DNA of 64,000 nucleotides from Alphaproteobacteria bacterium (GCA_017466525.1 JAFTTY010000038.1:468-64467), one strand, 5' to 3'. Counted from the first letter of the stretch, positions 10,015-20,276 are shown. Notes: generated by a model not told the origin, from the letters alone. A program made the numbers and translations.

Positions 10015-10674
10015 TTACAACAACTTATCTTCTTCGTTTTCACGACCAACATAGGCCTTTAAATCATTATACATTTGTCGCAAATCCGCAGGCTGGCTAT
10101 ACATTGCATCTGCGCCCCTGATACGAATTGTTTCCAAATCGATTTGCGCCTGTTTTTTCAAGATCTGGGTCAAATGTGTTGCGAATGCACGTGCCTCATC
10201 AGATTCTGCCGCCCCCTGTAACAACAATCCACGATTTGGACGCGGTGACAAAAACGCAAAATCAGATACTGTTGAATCAGGCGACACCAATGCAAAACCT
10301 GACACCTCTGGTCGACGCATCATTGCCTGCAATACATACCATGCCCCCAATTGGTGACCTGCCAACCAAATCTTGTCGCTATCTTCATTATGATTTTGAA
10401 TCCAGTCTATAACCGTTGCGATATCCAGCATATTTTCAGACGTTGTGCCAATCACCCCCTCAGAATCGCCAACGCCACGATAGTTAAAGCGCACGACGGA
10501 AAAACCAATATCCATAAACGCACGAACCATTGCATACGACACACGGTCGTTCATATGATACTTTTGCCGCGGATTTCCAGATAAAATCACCGCCAGGGGC
10601 GCCGCCTCTTGTGCAGACTTATGATACACCGCGTGCAACTTACCAGATTCACCTGAAATAATAATATCGACCAT
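10015..10674 (-). CDS. Alpha/beta hydrolase family protein
   Basis: FNYRGVGDSEG and LAGHQLGAW (GxxxG nucleophile-elbow-like). Sits 3 nt upstream of ruvB. Confidence 0.55.
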   Translation of the reverse strand: MVDIIISGESGKLHAVYHKSAQEAAPLAVILSGNPRQKYHMNDRVSYAMVRAFMDIGFSVVRFNYRGVGDSEGVIGTTSENMLDIATVIDWIQNHNEDSDKIWLAGHQLGAWYVLQAMMRRPEVSGFALVSPDSTVSDFAFLSPRPNRGLLLQGAAESDEARAFATHLTQILKKQAQIDLETIRIRGADAMYSQPADLRQMYNDLKAYVGRENEEDKLL

Positions 10675-10755
10675 ATGATTCCCCTGTAATTATTTTTAGT
10701 TCGTACATTAAAATACAACAAAGCAATTAAAAATTTCAATAAAAATATTTTTGTT

Positions 10756-10785
10756 TTGACACAATAATCCAAAATGTTCTAAGAT
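10756..10785 (+). promoter_or_regulatory. Candidate sigma-70 promoter for the 10813 operon
   Basis: TTGACA (10756-10761), an 18-nt spacer, then TAAGAT (10780-10785), about 28 nt upstream of the ATG at 10813. Confidence 0.3.
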
Positions 10786-10812
10786 TTGAAAGAGAGAACC
10801 AAAGGCAACATC

Positions 10813-11739
10813 ATGTTTAAACCTATTTCTATGACTTTTTTCGCTGTTTTCTGTGCATTTTCTGCACACGCCATGGATAACATGGGGTACGAAGAATTTC
10901 AAACGATATACACAGAAACACCAGTACAGTCTTATTATGCATACCCAGATGATCCGAATTTTATTCCAGAATCAGAATTCATGGAACGCGCGGACAGCCT
11001 GGATTATGACCAGAACATAATTGCTGCACGCGAAATTGAGTCACAAAAACATCCTGGTGTTATGTTTGCTGATAAACCAATGGTTATCTGTCGCAATTTT
11101 GGTTGCACACGTCTGAACGACCGTATAACCCGCACATTTTTATTTAACAGCTTGGCAAACATGTTCATGATGAACGCCCATTCACGCGTTTATATTTGCG
11201 AGGCAGACCCATTCTCACGCGATTGTTTGCAATCTGGAATATCATTTCCTGTACGCAGTGGTATTGCCAATGCGATGGTAAAAATTCCAAAGGCAACAAT
11301 ATCACAGGTTAACGTTTCCACCGGATTATCCAAGGCAACCGTTGGTATGACATACGAATTCTTGGTAAACGGCATCGATCGACGTTGCGAACCAACCGTT
11401 ATGGACATTATGGTTCCAATTAATTCCCAGGCAACACTGTCCAACCGTGAATTTGCCTGCAACATGACCAGTGACGGGTTCAGCAATGTATCATTGATGG
11501 TCAGTATTGACTACATCGACCTGGACTATGGCATTTTGGGCGGTTATTATTCCCTGGGCATGCAAGGTCCAACCACAGGCGGTGGCACAGGCTATGCATT
11601 ATTCAAGACAGAATTTGCAACATCTGGCATGCAATTCCGTGCCGCAACGTATGACGAAGAAGAAGATATGCAAGGTGCCAATAACGCCATGCGCACAATT
11701 CAACCCGGCGAATATGCCGTTGAACCATTAAATAAATAG
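10813..11739 (+). CDS. Secreted hypothetical protein, first gene of the two-component-system operon
   Basis: Signal peptide MFKPISMTFFAVFCAFSAHA from the internal ATG at 10813. No motif I recognise. Stop lies 4 nt before the response regulator. Confidence 0.6.
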   Translation: MFKPISMTFFAVFCAFSAHAMDNMGYEEFQTIYTETPVQSYYAYPDDPNFIPESEFMERADSLDYDQNIIAAREIESQKHPGVMFADKPMVICRNFGCTRLNDRITRTFLFNSLANMFMMNAHSRVYICEADPFSRDCLQSGISFPVRSGIANAMVKIPKATISQVNVSTGLSKATVGMTYEFLVNGIDRRCEPTVMDIMVPINSQATLSNREFACNMTSDGFSNVSLMVSIDYIDLDYGILGGYYSLGMQGPTTGGGTGYALFKTEFATSGMQFRAATYDEEEDMQGANNAMRTIQPGEYAVEPLNK

Positions 11740-11742
11740 TTA

Positions 11743-12399
11743 ATGACAAACAAAGTGATTCTTATTATTGACGACGACGATATTTTACGCAACGCCTTGG
11801 CCAAGGGCCTGCGCAAAGATGGTTTCGACATAATAACATCACCATCTGCCGAAAATGCAACAGACATTTTAAAACGCATTCGTGTCAATGCGATTGTACT
11901 GGACAGAATGATGACCGGCATGGATGGTCTGACATTCTTAAAAAAAATCCGTGGTACAGGAGACACAACACCCGTGATTATGTTAACTGCAATGACTGGC
12001 GCAGAAAACGCAATTGACGGTCTGTCTGGTGGGGCGAATGATTATCTGGCCAAACCGTTTCAAATACGCGAATTAGTTCTGCGTTTAAACAATATCATCA
12101 AAAACGCCCCCAGTGTTGAACCAACGGCACCAAATGGTATGACGTTCATCAATAATGAATTTTATATCTCTGACCCAACAGACACCACCAGTCCAACAAA
12201 AATATTGGCACTGTCTGGCGAAGAGAAGAAATTATTACAGCATTTAATCACACCAATTGGCAATATCGTTCCTGCATCACCAATGGTTGCAAAACGCTTG
12301 CGCAACAAAATAAATGTTGTATTATCAAACCTAGATATAATAACAATTCGTGGTCGCGGATATAAGTTAGTCGACAAAACCACACAAACGAATAACTAA
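11743..12399 (+). CDS. OmpR-family response regulator
   Basis: Receiver domain (ILIIDDDD...VLDRMMTGMDG...AKPF) plus a C-terminal winged-helix (RGRGYKL). Confidence 0.9.
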   Translation: MTNKVILIIDDDDILRNALAKGLRKDGFDIITSPSAENATDILKRIRVNAIVLDRMMTGMDGLTFLKKIRGTGDTTPVIMLTAMTGAENAIDGLSGGANDYLAKPFQIRELVLRLNNIIKNAPSVEPTAPNGMTFINNEFYISDPTDTTSPTKILALSGEEKKLLQHLITPIGNIVPASPMVAKRLRNKINVVLSNLDIITIRGRGYKLVDKTTQTNN

Positions 12400-12414
12400 C
12401 AAAGGCACTTTGGC

Positions 12415-13695
12415 ATGAGATTGACACCACGCAGTTTTTTATGGCGCACGATATTAATGATATTAGTTCCACTGGTCGTTGCGCTGGTTATTATTGCCAA
12501 CGTATTTTTTGGCAATCACTGGTCACGTGTACACGACACGCTTGCACGTACTTTGGCGGGCGAAATTACGACCATGATGAACTTTATGGATGCCGGCAAC
12601 CCAGAATCTGCTCAGCAAATGGCACGGGACATTGGCATCAACGTCACAATAAACGAACATCTTAATCGCCCTAAAAAGAACGATAACAACTCGCACGAGG
12701 CTGGAAAACTGGCGTCAGAACTGTCTAAACGCCTGAAACGTCCTGCAAAATTGTATATTGACAAGGGCAAACGTCTTGTCTTTATTGACGTTCCGACCAA
12801 GGATAACAAAACAGCAACATTTGGCACATCATTGTATCGTATCTATTCAACCAGTACCGAAGTGTTTATCATCTGGTTATTGGGTTCAATCTTAATCGTA
12901 TCAATATTGATATCGCCATTTATTATCATGCACACACGCAGTATACGCCGCATTGCCAAGGCTGCAAACCGTTTTGGTCGCGGTCTGGACGCGCCAGGCT
13001 TTGAACCAACCGGGTCCAAGGAAATCCGTGACGCCGCAAAATCAATGATTACAATGAAGGAACGTCTGGACAGATATAATCGCACACGTACAGATATGCT
13101 AAACGCGGTCAGCCATGACTTAAAGGCACCGCTGACACGTATGCGTCTGGCGATTGAAACGGAAACTGCAACAAACGACGATTTAATCCGCGACATTGAC
13201 AGAATGACAGAAATGGTAAACGGATATCTGGCGTTTGCACGTGGCGAAAACCCAGAAATAGAGCAGGCAACCGAATTACCGCCAATGTTAACACGCATTG
13301 CCCGTGATGCGGCCGGCAACAAAAAAATCATCACAGATTTCCCAGAAACACCGGCCCAATTCTATGCCCGTCCGATGGCGCTGGCGCGCGCATTCAGCAA
13401 CATCATTGAAAATGCGGCCCGATATGCAAATAAAAACATTCGCATCGTTGAACACGACGGTCCAGAATCTGTTGAAATTATAATCGAAGACGACGGTCCT
13501 GGCATTCCAGACGAACGCAAGAAAGATGCACTGCGTCCATTCGTACGCCTGGACGACGCACGACGTGCCGACACAGGCGGCACAGGATTGGGATTATCAA
13601 TCGCCCAAACCGCCATTGAAAACCACGGCGGTCAAATGTTCCTGGAAGACAGCGAACTGGGCGGATTAAAAGTTAGAATTGTTTTACCGATATAA
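12415..13695 (+). CDS. EnvZ-like sensor histidine kinase
   Basis: Two TM segments, HAMP region, H-box SHDLKAPLTRM, and N/G boxes (IENAARYA, DDGPGIP, GGTGLGLSIA). Confidence 0.9.
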   Translation: MRLTPRSFLWRTILMILVPLVVALVIIANVFFGNHWSRVHDTLARTLAGEITTMMNFMDAGNPESAQQMARDIGINVTINEHLNRPKKNDNNSHEAGKLASELSKRLKRPAKLYIDKGKRLVFIDVPTKDNKTATFGTSLYRIYSTSTEVFIIWLLGSILIVSILISPFIIMHTRSIRRIAKAANRFGRGLDAPGFEPTGSKEIRDAAKSMITMKERLDRYNRTRTDMLNAVSHDLKAPLTRMRLAIETETATNDDLIRDIDRMTEMVNGYLAFARGENPEIEQATELPPMLTRIARDAAGNKKIITDFPETPAQFYARPMALARAFSNIIENAARYANKNIRIVEHDGPESVEIIIEDDGPGIPDERKKDALRPFVRLDDARRADTGGTGLGLSIAQTAIENHGGQMFLEDSELGGLKVRIVLPI

Positions 13696-13722
13696 TTACA
13701 AACATATAAAGAGTATATAAAA

Positions 13723-15429
13723 ATGAATCTATATAAACACGTATCAAACGCGATAAATGAAAAATTGGGGGTCAAGGTTAATTTAGAGGTTCCACGCAAC
13801 CGCGACTTTGGCGATTTTTCAACAAACGCCGCCATGGTAATGGCAAAATCCGCCGGAAAAAATCCACGCGAATTGGCGGCCGAAATTGCACCCAAACTGG
13901 CAGAGCTGGACTTTGTTGCCGAAACATCCGTTGCCGGCCCTGGATTTATTAACATTAAATTAAAAGATGATTTTATTTGGGAATCTGCATGCCAAGAACA
14001 ATCACCACGTACTGATGCGCCACAAACAATTGATTTAGACTATGGCGCATATAATGTTGCAAAATCTCTGCACATTGGGCATTTGCGCACATCGATTGTT
14101 GGCGATACATTTAACCGCATTGCGCGTCTGTTGGGGCATAAAACATATTCTTGGAATCATATTGGCGACTGGGGCAAGCCAATGGCATTGGTTATCGCAT
14201 GGATTGAACGCCTGCACCCAGAATTGCCATATTTCAGTGATAATTTCGACCCAAACACACCAGTTGATTTTGACATCAACCCCACAGAATTAAATACCTA
14301 TTATCCATTGGCCAGTTCTTTTGCCAAAGAAAATCCGGATTTCCAGGCACACGCCCAGGATATCAAGGCAAAATTCCAAAACGGCCATGCTGGTTATTTT
14401 GCCCTGTATGAAAAGTTCTTAAAAATATCTATGCAAATGATGCAAGAAACGGTCAACAGACTAAACATATTGCCATTTGATTATGATTTAGGCGAACGCA
14501 ACGCAGCACAATATCTGGATGACGTAGAAAAGATTTTGCGCGCCAAAAATTTAATTATCGAAAGTGACGGTGCCCAGGTCATCGTTGTAAAGCGCGACAC
14601 CGACAACAAACCCATGCCACCATATATGTGGACAGATTCACGTGGCGCAGACACATACGATTCAACAGACTTGGCGGCAGTTTATTGTCGCAAACAGACC
14701 GACAACCCAGACAGAATCATTTACTTTACAGACCTGCGCCAAGGATTACATTTTGAACAATTATTCCGTGCATCTGAAATTTCTGGGATATTTGACTACA
14801 ATAATTTAGAACACATCGGATACGGCACAATCAACGGTCGCGACGGGAAACCGTTCAAGACACGTGACGGCAACGCTGCTGGTCTGGACGATATTATTGA
14901 CGCAGTAAACATTGCCGTTCGCGAACGCGTATCAGAATCTGGAAAAACGCTGGACGAAGACACAATTCGCGCAATTGCACTGGCCGCGGTTAAATTCAAC
15001 GATTTGATGCACGACGTTCGTTCTGATTATATCTTTGACCCTGCATCCGTCACCAGTTTCGAAGGGCGTACAGGTCCATACATTCTGTATACAGCAGTAC
15101 GCTTAAACAGTGTTTTGAAACGCGCGACATTTGATGCAGACGCATCATATATGCCAATGACCACAGACGAACGCAACTTGTTAATTGGTGTATTGGATTT
15201 TGAACGCACTGTACACTGTGCATTTGAAAACCGTGCCACAGATATGATTGCCAACTATGCATACGATTTGTGTCAGTTGATTAACACATTCTATCACAAC
15301 TGTCCAATTCTGCGCGATGACGTTCCGTCAAATATCAGGGCAGGGCGCTTACATATTGTAAACGTTGCACGCGACACATTGGCAAAAACGATTGATTTAA
15401 TGGGGCTAAAAATCCCGAACGAAATGTAA
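13723..15429 (+). CDS. argS: Arginine--tRNA ligase
   Basis: 568 aa with HIGH-type motif (SLHIGHLR) and overall ArgRS architecture. Confidence 0.96.
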   Translation: MNLYKHVSNAINEKLGVKVNLEVPRNRDFGDFSTNAAMVMAKSAGKNPRELAAEIAPKLAELDFVAETSVAGPGFINIKLKDDFIWESACQEQSPRTDAPQTIDLDYGAYNVAKSLHIGHLRTSIVGDTFNRIARLLGHKTYSWNHIGDWGKPMALVIAWIERLHPELPYFSDNFDPNTPVDFDINPTELNTYYPLASSFAKENPDFQAHAQDIKAKFQNGHAGYFALYEKFLKISMQMMQETVNRLNILPFDYDLGERNAAQYLDDVEKILRAKNLIIESDGAQVIVVKRDTDNKPMPPYMWTDSRGADTYDSTDLAAVYCRKQTDNPDRIIYFTDLRQGLHFEQLFRASEISGIFDYNNLEHIGYGTINGRDGKPFKTRDGNAAGLDDIIDAVNIAVRERVSESGKTLDEDTIRAIALAAVKFNDLMHDVRSDYIFDPASVTSFEGRTGPYILYTAVRLNSVLKRATFDADASYMPMTTDERNLLIGVLDFERTVHCAFENRATDMIANYAYDLCQLINTFYHNCPILRDDVPSNIRAGRLHIVNVARDTLAKTIDLMGLKIPNEM

Positions 15430-15439
15430 CCAAACAAAT

Positions 15440-15463
15440 AAAACGCCCAAACGGGCGTTTTTA
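15440..15463. terminator. Bidirectional terminator between convergent argS and the protease gene
   Basis: CGCCC-aaac-GGGCG followed by TTTTT, with an A-run on the other side. Confidence 0.75.
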
Positions 15464-15466
15464 TTA

Positions 15467-17629
15467 CTACTTATCTTCTTCGCTTTTATCTTTATTAATC
15501 AGCAGGTTTCCAACCGCACCACCAATCGCACCCGTGGCGGTCAGGGCGGTACCCGTCTTTTTATCTTTGGACGTTTCACCTTTCTGGGCCGCCCACTTTT
15601 TCGCATCTTCACTGTTCGGATCACTTAACGCACGTGCCAGTGACGCATACGCACCGCCCGTCTTGCCCAACGCAACATCGTCATATAAGCCAGACGTCGC
15701 ACCGTCTAGTATCGCCTCGCTCTCTATCCCAGGTTGCATTCCCAACGCTGCCTTTCGAACCTTCAAATCATTCGCCAACGCAACATATTCTGTATACAAC
15801 GGCATCAGCGAATTCGCACCAGGTAATTCAACCTCTTTTTCACCACCCTTTACGTTTTTACCCGGCGCATAGTTACAGTGCATCGTCGCAAGATACGCCG
15901 CCATATCCAGTTCTGCTGCCTCGTCCGCTTTTTGTTCCGCCGCCGCGGCCAGTGTTTTACTTAATCCGGCGCCAGTTAACCCAATCGCAGCCGCACCCAA
16001 CAGTTTATTTTCCATAGACTGTTCACGCTCTTTGGCCTTCTTATAGTCTTGTTCCAATTTGGCATACCCAACCATACCATCCAAGAAACCCAAGAACTGT
16101 TCTGGATTCATATCTTCCAAATCATCAATCTGTCCAACCAATTCAGCCCCAGTCGTTTCCATTTCCTTTTCTATCACACCGCTATCAACACCTCCTTGCG
16201 TCGGCACCTGCTGCGACACGACCACAGGTTGAGATTGTTCTTGCGCCTGGGGTTCCTGTGTTGTCGGTGTCGATTCCGGCTGCGTCGCTGAATTACCGGG
16301 CGCCGGATCTACGTTGACTTGTTCAGTAACATTAGTCTGCGTATCTGGATTTTCTGCAATAACCGTTTCAGTTCCTTGCTTCTGTTCCCCTTGGGCAGGT
16401 TCTACATCCGTTGTTACAACTGATTGTTGTTCTTGCGCAGACGCCTGTGACGACGCGGTATCCTCCTGAGGTTGTTCTTGCGCCTGAGGTTCCTGTGTTG
16501 TCGGTGTCGATTCCGGCTGCGTCGCTGAATTATTTACGTTCGAATCTGCATGAACATCTATCGAAGGATCTGTTTTTGTTTCAACTGTTGGTTCCACCTT
16601 CGACACAGGTGATTCAACAGGCAAAGGATTAGCCTCTATGATCGGCGGCACCCCTGCAAATTCCCGAACCCCATTGCGCCAGCTATCCACGCCAGCAAAG
16701 TCAGCGCCCGTTCCGCCCTTAAAACCATTGGACCCCTTAGACAAAACACCATACAAATTATTATTCACAAAGAAAGGCCCACCAGAATTACCAGAAAAAG
16801 TATCACAATCTGTATCCAACAAATTATTTTTTATAGATTTAACACGACAACGACTTCTCTTTAATTTATCCCCTTCTTCCTCAGACGTCAACGGCTTATC
16901 CCCCAAACGGTCATTTATATTATCCAACGCCCCAACTAAACATGTTGTAATATAATTTGCATCTGCCGTTTGCTGTGAACGCAACGTTTCTTTTCCTTTC
17001 ACAAAAGAATCATAGTCTTTATTACAGACCTTACGCGTTTCATCTATAACGATTTGCTTTATGTTAACCAATTCATCGTCACGTATAACACGCATACTAC
17101 CAAAACCCCAATTTTCACCAGTTAACCCAACAGAAGCAGTATTACTAACATCAAAATAAGAATCTGATTTTATTGCAGGACTCCCAGCAGGGATGCGCAA
17201 CAACAGCCAATCTTGGGCAGCAACCGCTGGTTCATCAAATTTATCATAATCCCAATTTCCTTTTTTTACAGTGGTTGTTCGCACCCTCAGATACTTACCC
17301 GTTGCGGTAATAATATCCGTATCCAAAACATCTTGATTTATAAGATGTTGAACACAATGATGTGCGGTCAAAATCAAATCGCTACCAACGTATTGTCCGG
17401 TACATACCGCATACTGTTGGTCACTATAAATACGCAACTGAACAATATTGTTATATGGGAATTTCTGCCATTCGTCTTGTTTCACATATTCACGGGAATC
17501 ATGCTCGCCCATAATACCCCACAGGGTGGGGCAATAAAACATACACACCAATGAAAAACATAAAACCTTTCTTAGCATATCCCAAAACGCCCGAACACTT
17601 GATTTAAAAGACGCCATTCTCCTTGTCAT
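15467..17629 (-). CDS. Secreted trypsin-like (S1) serine protease fused to a Pro/Thr/Gln-rich repeat linker and an unknown C-terminal domain
   Basis: LTAHHCV (His), DWLLLRI (Asp) and GNSGGPFF (Ser) form the catalytic triad. A hydrophobic N-terminus is present; the true start could be ATG 17617 or 17578. The 20-aa unit NSATQPESTPTTQEPQAQEQ occurs twice. The C-terminal ~200 aa is Ala/Gly/Lys-rich. Confidence 0.75.
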   Translation of the reverse strand: MTRRMASFKSSVRAFWDMLRKVLCFSLVCMFYCPTLWGIMGEHDSREYVKQDEWQKFPYNNIVQLRIYSDQQYAVCTGQYVGSDLILTAHHCVQHLINQDVLDTDIITATGKYLRVRTTTVKKGNWDYDKFDEPAVAAQDWLLLRIPAGSPAIKSDSYFDVSNTASVGLTGENWGFGSMRVIRDDELVNIKQIVIDETRKVCNKDYDSFVKGKETLRSQQTADANYITTCLVGALDNINDRLGDKPLTSEEEGDKLKRSRCRVKSIKNNLLDTDCDTFSGNSGGPFFVNNNLYGVLSKGSNGFKGGTGADFAGVDSWRNGVREFAGVPPIIEANPLPVESPVSKVEPTVETKTDPSIDVHADSNVNNSATQPESTPTTQEPQAQEQPQEDTASSQASAQEQQSVVTTDVEPAQGEQKQGTETVIAENPDTQTNVTEQVNVDPAPGNSATQPESTPTTQEPQAQEQSQPVVVSQQVPTQGGVDSGVIEKEMETTGAELVGQIDDLEDMNPEQFLGFLDGMVGYAKLEQDYKKAKEREQSMENKLLGAAAIGLTGAGLSKTLAAAAEQKADEAAELDMAAYLATMHCNYAPGKNVKGGEKEVELPGANSLMPLYTEYVALANDLKVRKAALGMQPGIESEAILDGATSGLYDDVALGKTGGAYASLARALSDPNSEDAKKWAAQKGETSKDKKTGTALTATGAIGGAVGNLLINKDKSEEDK

Positions 17630-17785
17630 TATATGATATCAGATTTTCGCAATACGATTCCAGCAAAAAAAACGCCACCATATTCATTGCGGTACAATAA
17701 TACCATATCGATTTTTCTTGACATTTCCATAGGTTTCCGTAATAATATCCACCGCTATAACAATAGAAAACAAGGAAAAACAAAA

Positions 17786-18259
17786 ATGGCAGCGACAAAA
17801 TCGTTAAAAAAATGCGAATTAGACGCCAAATGGTATCTGATTGACGCAACTGATTGCACGCTGGGACGTTTAGCGGCATATACTGCGAACATCTTGCGTG
17901 GCAAGCATAAGCCAACATGGACACCAAACATGGATTGCGGTGACCACGTTATCATCATCAACGCGGACAAGGTTGCATTATCTGGTCACAAGGCTGATAA
18001 AGATCGTTTCTTTTGGCACTCTCTGTGGACAGGTTCTTTGAAATCACGCACATTGGGTCAGATGCGTTCTGAAAAACCAGAAAAATTGGTTTTCAACGCT
18101 GTAAAGCGCATGATGGGTCGTCGCACTGCGGTTGCATTGGCAAACCAACGTTTGACTAAATTGCACGTTTATGCAGGCGCAGAACACAAACACGAAGCAC
18201 AGAAACCAGTTGTTATTGATTTCGGTGGCTTGAACCGTAAGAACAAAAGGGGCGAATAA
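17786..18259 (+). CDS. rplM: 50S ribosomal protein L13
   Basis: [47 protein letters not shown] use the internal ATG at 17786 because the track extension is non-homologous. Confidence 0.95.
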   Translation: MAATKSLKKCELDAKWYLIDATDCTLGRLAAYTANILRGKHKPTWTPNMDCGDHVIIINADKVALSGHKADKDRFFWHSLWTGSLKSRTLGQMRSEKPEKLVFNAVKRMMGRRTAVALANQRLTKLHVYAGAEHKHEAQKPVVIDFGGLNRKNKRGE

Positions 18260-18744
18260 TGGCAGAAGCAAAAAAAACAGCAACAAAGACAGTTAAAAAA
18301 GCTGCCCCTGCAAAAAAAGCAACTGCAAAGAAAGCACCAGTTGCTGCACCAAAGTTGACAGACGCAACATACGCAACAGGTAAACGTAAAGATTCCGTTG
18401 CACGCGTATACTTGGTCCCAGGCAAGGGCAACATCACAGTTAACGGCAAACCATCCAACGAATACTTCCGTCGTGCAGTATTACAGATGATTATCGCACA
18501 GCCATTCGGTGTCACAAAACGCGAAACCGCATACGACATCGTTGCAATGGTCGAAGGTGGCGGTTTATCTGGTCAGGCAGGTGCCGTAAAACACGGTATT
18601 TCCAAGGCATTGGAAAAAATCGAACCAGAATTACGCGCTGTATTGAAGTCTGCAGGCTTCTTGACACGTGACAGCCGTGTTGTTGAACGTAAACACTACG
18701 GTTACCGCAAGGCACGTCGTTCTACACAGTTCAGCAAACGTTAA
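18259..18744 (+). CDS. rpsI: 30S ribosomal protein S9 with a Lys/Ala-rich N-terminal extension
   Basis: [14 protein letters not shown]...[19 protein letters not shown]...[12 protein letters not shown]. Confidence 0.95.
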   Translation: MAEAKKTATKTVKKAAPAKKATAKKAPVAAPKLTDATYATGKRKDSVARVYLVPGKGNITVNGKPSNEYFRRAVLQMIIAQPFGVTKRETAYDIVAMVEGGGLSGQAGAVKHGISKALEKIEPELRAVLKSAGFLTRDSRVVERKHYGYRKARRSTQFSKR

Positions 18745-18880
18745 GTTTGCGGAACAAAAAACCGTTCACTCGAACGGTTTTTTTATTGCGTCATCAAACC
18801 GATGATGCAATTTGTCATTCCGGGCATGCAAAATTGCATGGGAACGGAATCAGCAAACGTTAAGTTTGCGGAACAAAAAA
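18731..18880 (+). repeat. 31-nt direct repeat of the rpsI 3' end (18731-18761 and 18850-18880), each copy followed by a different terminator
   Basis: TCAGCAAACGTTAAGTTTGCGGAACAAAAAA occurs twice, 119 nt apart. The intervening segment holds a 9-bp inverted repeat: ATGCAATTT (18805-18813) and AAATTGCAT (18831-18839). Confidence 0.85.
18756..18786 (+). terminator. rpsI terminator 1
   Basis: ACCGTTC-actc-GAACGGT followed by TTTTTTT. Confidence 0.8.
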
Positions 18881-18905
18881 TCCCGCCCCGGCGGGATTTT
18901 TTATT
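18875..18905 (+). terminator. Second terminator after the duplicated rpsI tail
   Basis: TCCCGCC-cc-GGCGGGA followed by TTTTTT. Confidence 0.7.
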
Positions 18906-18968
18906 ATTGCGCTTTGCAAAAAAACTTTGTATAGTCAGACAGCAAATTGTATACAAAGGGAATTTAAT

Positions 18969-20276
18969 ATGTTCAAAAAAGAAAAAATCAAAGATTTACA
19001 CTATTCCGTTAACGGCGTAATTCCAGCCGATAAATTACAGGCAGCCGCCGATGAAATCTTGCTGGAATACGGAAAAAAGGTTAAAATGCCAGGTTTTCGC
19101 ACAGGCAAGGTTCCATTAAACATCCTGCGTCAAAAATACAACGCATCTGCATACGGCGAAGCAATTGATAAATTAATGAACGATGATTTAAATAATTATA
19201 TCGCCGAAAAGAAAATCCGCCTTGCTGGCGCACCAAAGGCAGACTTGGCCGGCTGGGAAATCGGCAAAGACGCAGAATACAGCATGGAATTTGATATTTT
19301 GCCAACATTGCCTGCAATTGATTTGGAAAAATTCACAATCACCAAGAAAGTTGCAGAACTGGACGAAAAAGAAGTTGAAACAGCATTGGAAAACATCCGC
19401 AAATCACGCAGTATTGCAGAAAAACAAGACGAAAAATACAAGGCTGCAAACGGCGACGTCGCTGTAATTGATTTCAAGGGCTTTGTCGGCGACGAAGCAT
19501 TCGAAGGTGGCGAAGCAAAGAAACATCATTTGATTTTGGGATCCGGCGCATTTATCCCAGGCTTTGAAGATCAAATTATCGGCCATAAAATCGGTGACAA
19601 GTTTGACGTTAATGTCAAATTCCCAACCGAATATCACGCAGCTAACCTGGCGGGCAAAGATGCGCGTTTCGAAGTTGAAATCCACGAAATTCGCAAACAT
19701 ATCTTGCCAGAATTAAATGACGAATTGGCAAAACAGGTTGGTCAAGAATCTGTTGATGCATTGAAACAACATATTCGCAACATCTTGACAGAACAATACA
19801 ACGATGCTGCACAACGCGAAATGCGCAACGAATTGCTAGACATCTTGGGCGACAAGGTAAAATTAGACCTGCCAGAAACATTGGTTGAACAAGAATACAA
19901 CATGGCCAAGGCTGAATTCGATCGTAATCATTCACACTGCCATGACGAAAAATGCGACCACAAATGGGACGAAAAATCCGAACGCAAAGATGCCGAACGT
20001 CGCGTAAAATTGGGCTTAATCTTGGCAGAGTGGGGCACCCAGAACAAAGTAGAAGTATCACGCGATGACCTGCAACAAGCCATCTGGGCCGAGGCTGCAC
20101 GCTATCCAGATCCAAAACAGGTATTTGAATTCTATAACAAGAATCAAAACGCCGTAGCAATGTTGCGTGGCATGCTGTTTGAACGCAAAGCATTGGACGC
20201 AATGCTGACACACGTCAAGACCAAAGAAAAAAAGGTCAAAGCAGACGATTTGTTTAAACAGGCATCTGTACGATAA
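18969..20276 (+). CDS. tig: Trigger factor
   Basis: KMPGFRTGKVPLNILRQKY ribosome-binding motif, central FKBP domain (IDFKGFVGDEAFEGG) and C-terminal arm. Start is the ATG at 18969. Confidence 0.92.
   Translation: MFKKEKIKDLHYSVNGVIPADKLQAAADEILLEYGKKVKMPGFRTGKVPLNILRQKYNASAYGEAIDKLMNDDLNNYIAEKKIRLAGAPKADLAGWEIGKDAEYSMEFDILPTLPAIDLEKFTITKKVAELDEKEVETALENIRKSRSIAEKQDEKYKAANGDVAVIDFKGFVGDEAFEGGEAKKHHLILGSGAFIPGFEDQIIGHKIGDKFDVNVKFPTEYHAANLAGKDARFEVEIHEIRKHILPELNDELAKQVGQESVDALKQHIRNILTEQYNDAAQREMRNELLDILGDKVKLDLPETLVEQEYNMAKAEFDRNHSHCHDEKCDHKWDEKSERKDAERRVKLGLILAEWGTQNKVEVSRDDLQQAIWAEAARYPDPKQVFEFYNKNQNAVAMLRGMLFERKALDAMLTHVKTKEKKVKADDLFKQASVR

Noticed and set aside
12843-13334. Large antisense ORFs inside well-supported genes (12843..13334, 19642..20211, 35231..35806, 37359..38087, 41019..41603, 28922..29356, 6823..7089)
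   Set aside because: Each lies opposite a gene with strong motif support (kinase, tig, M23, leuS, GT2, P3, tolA). They lack motifs and start signals and are typical shadow frames.
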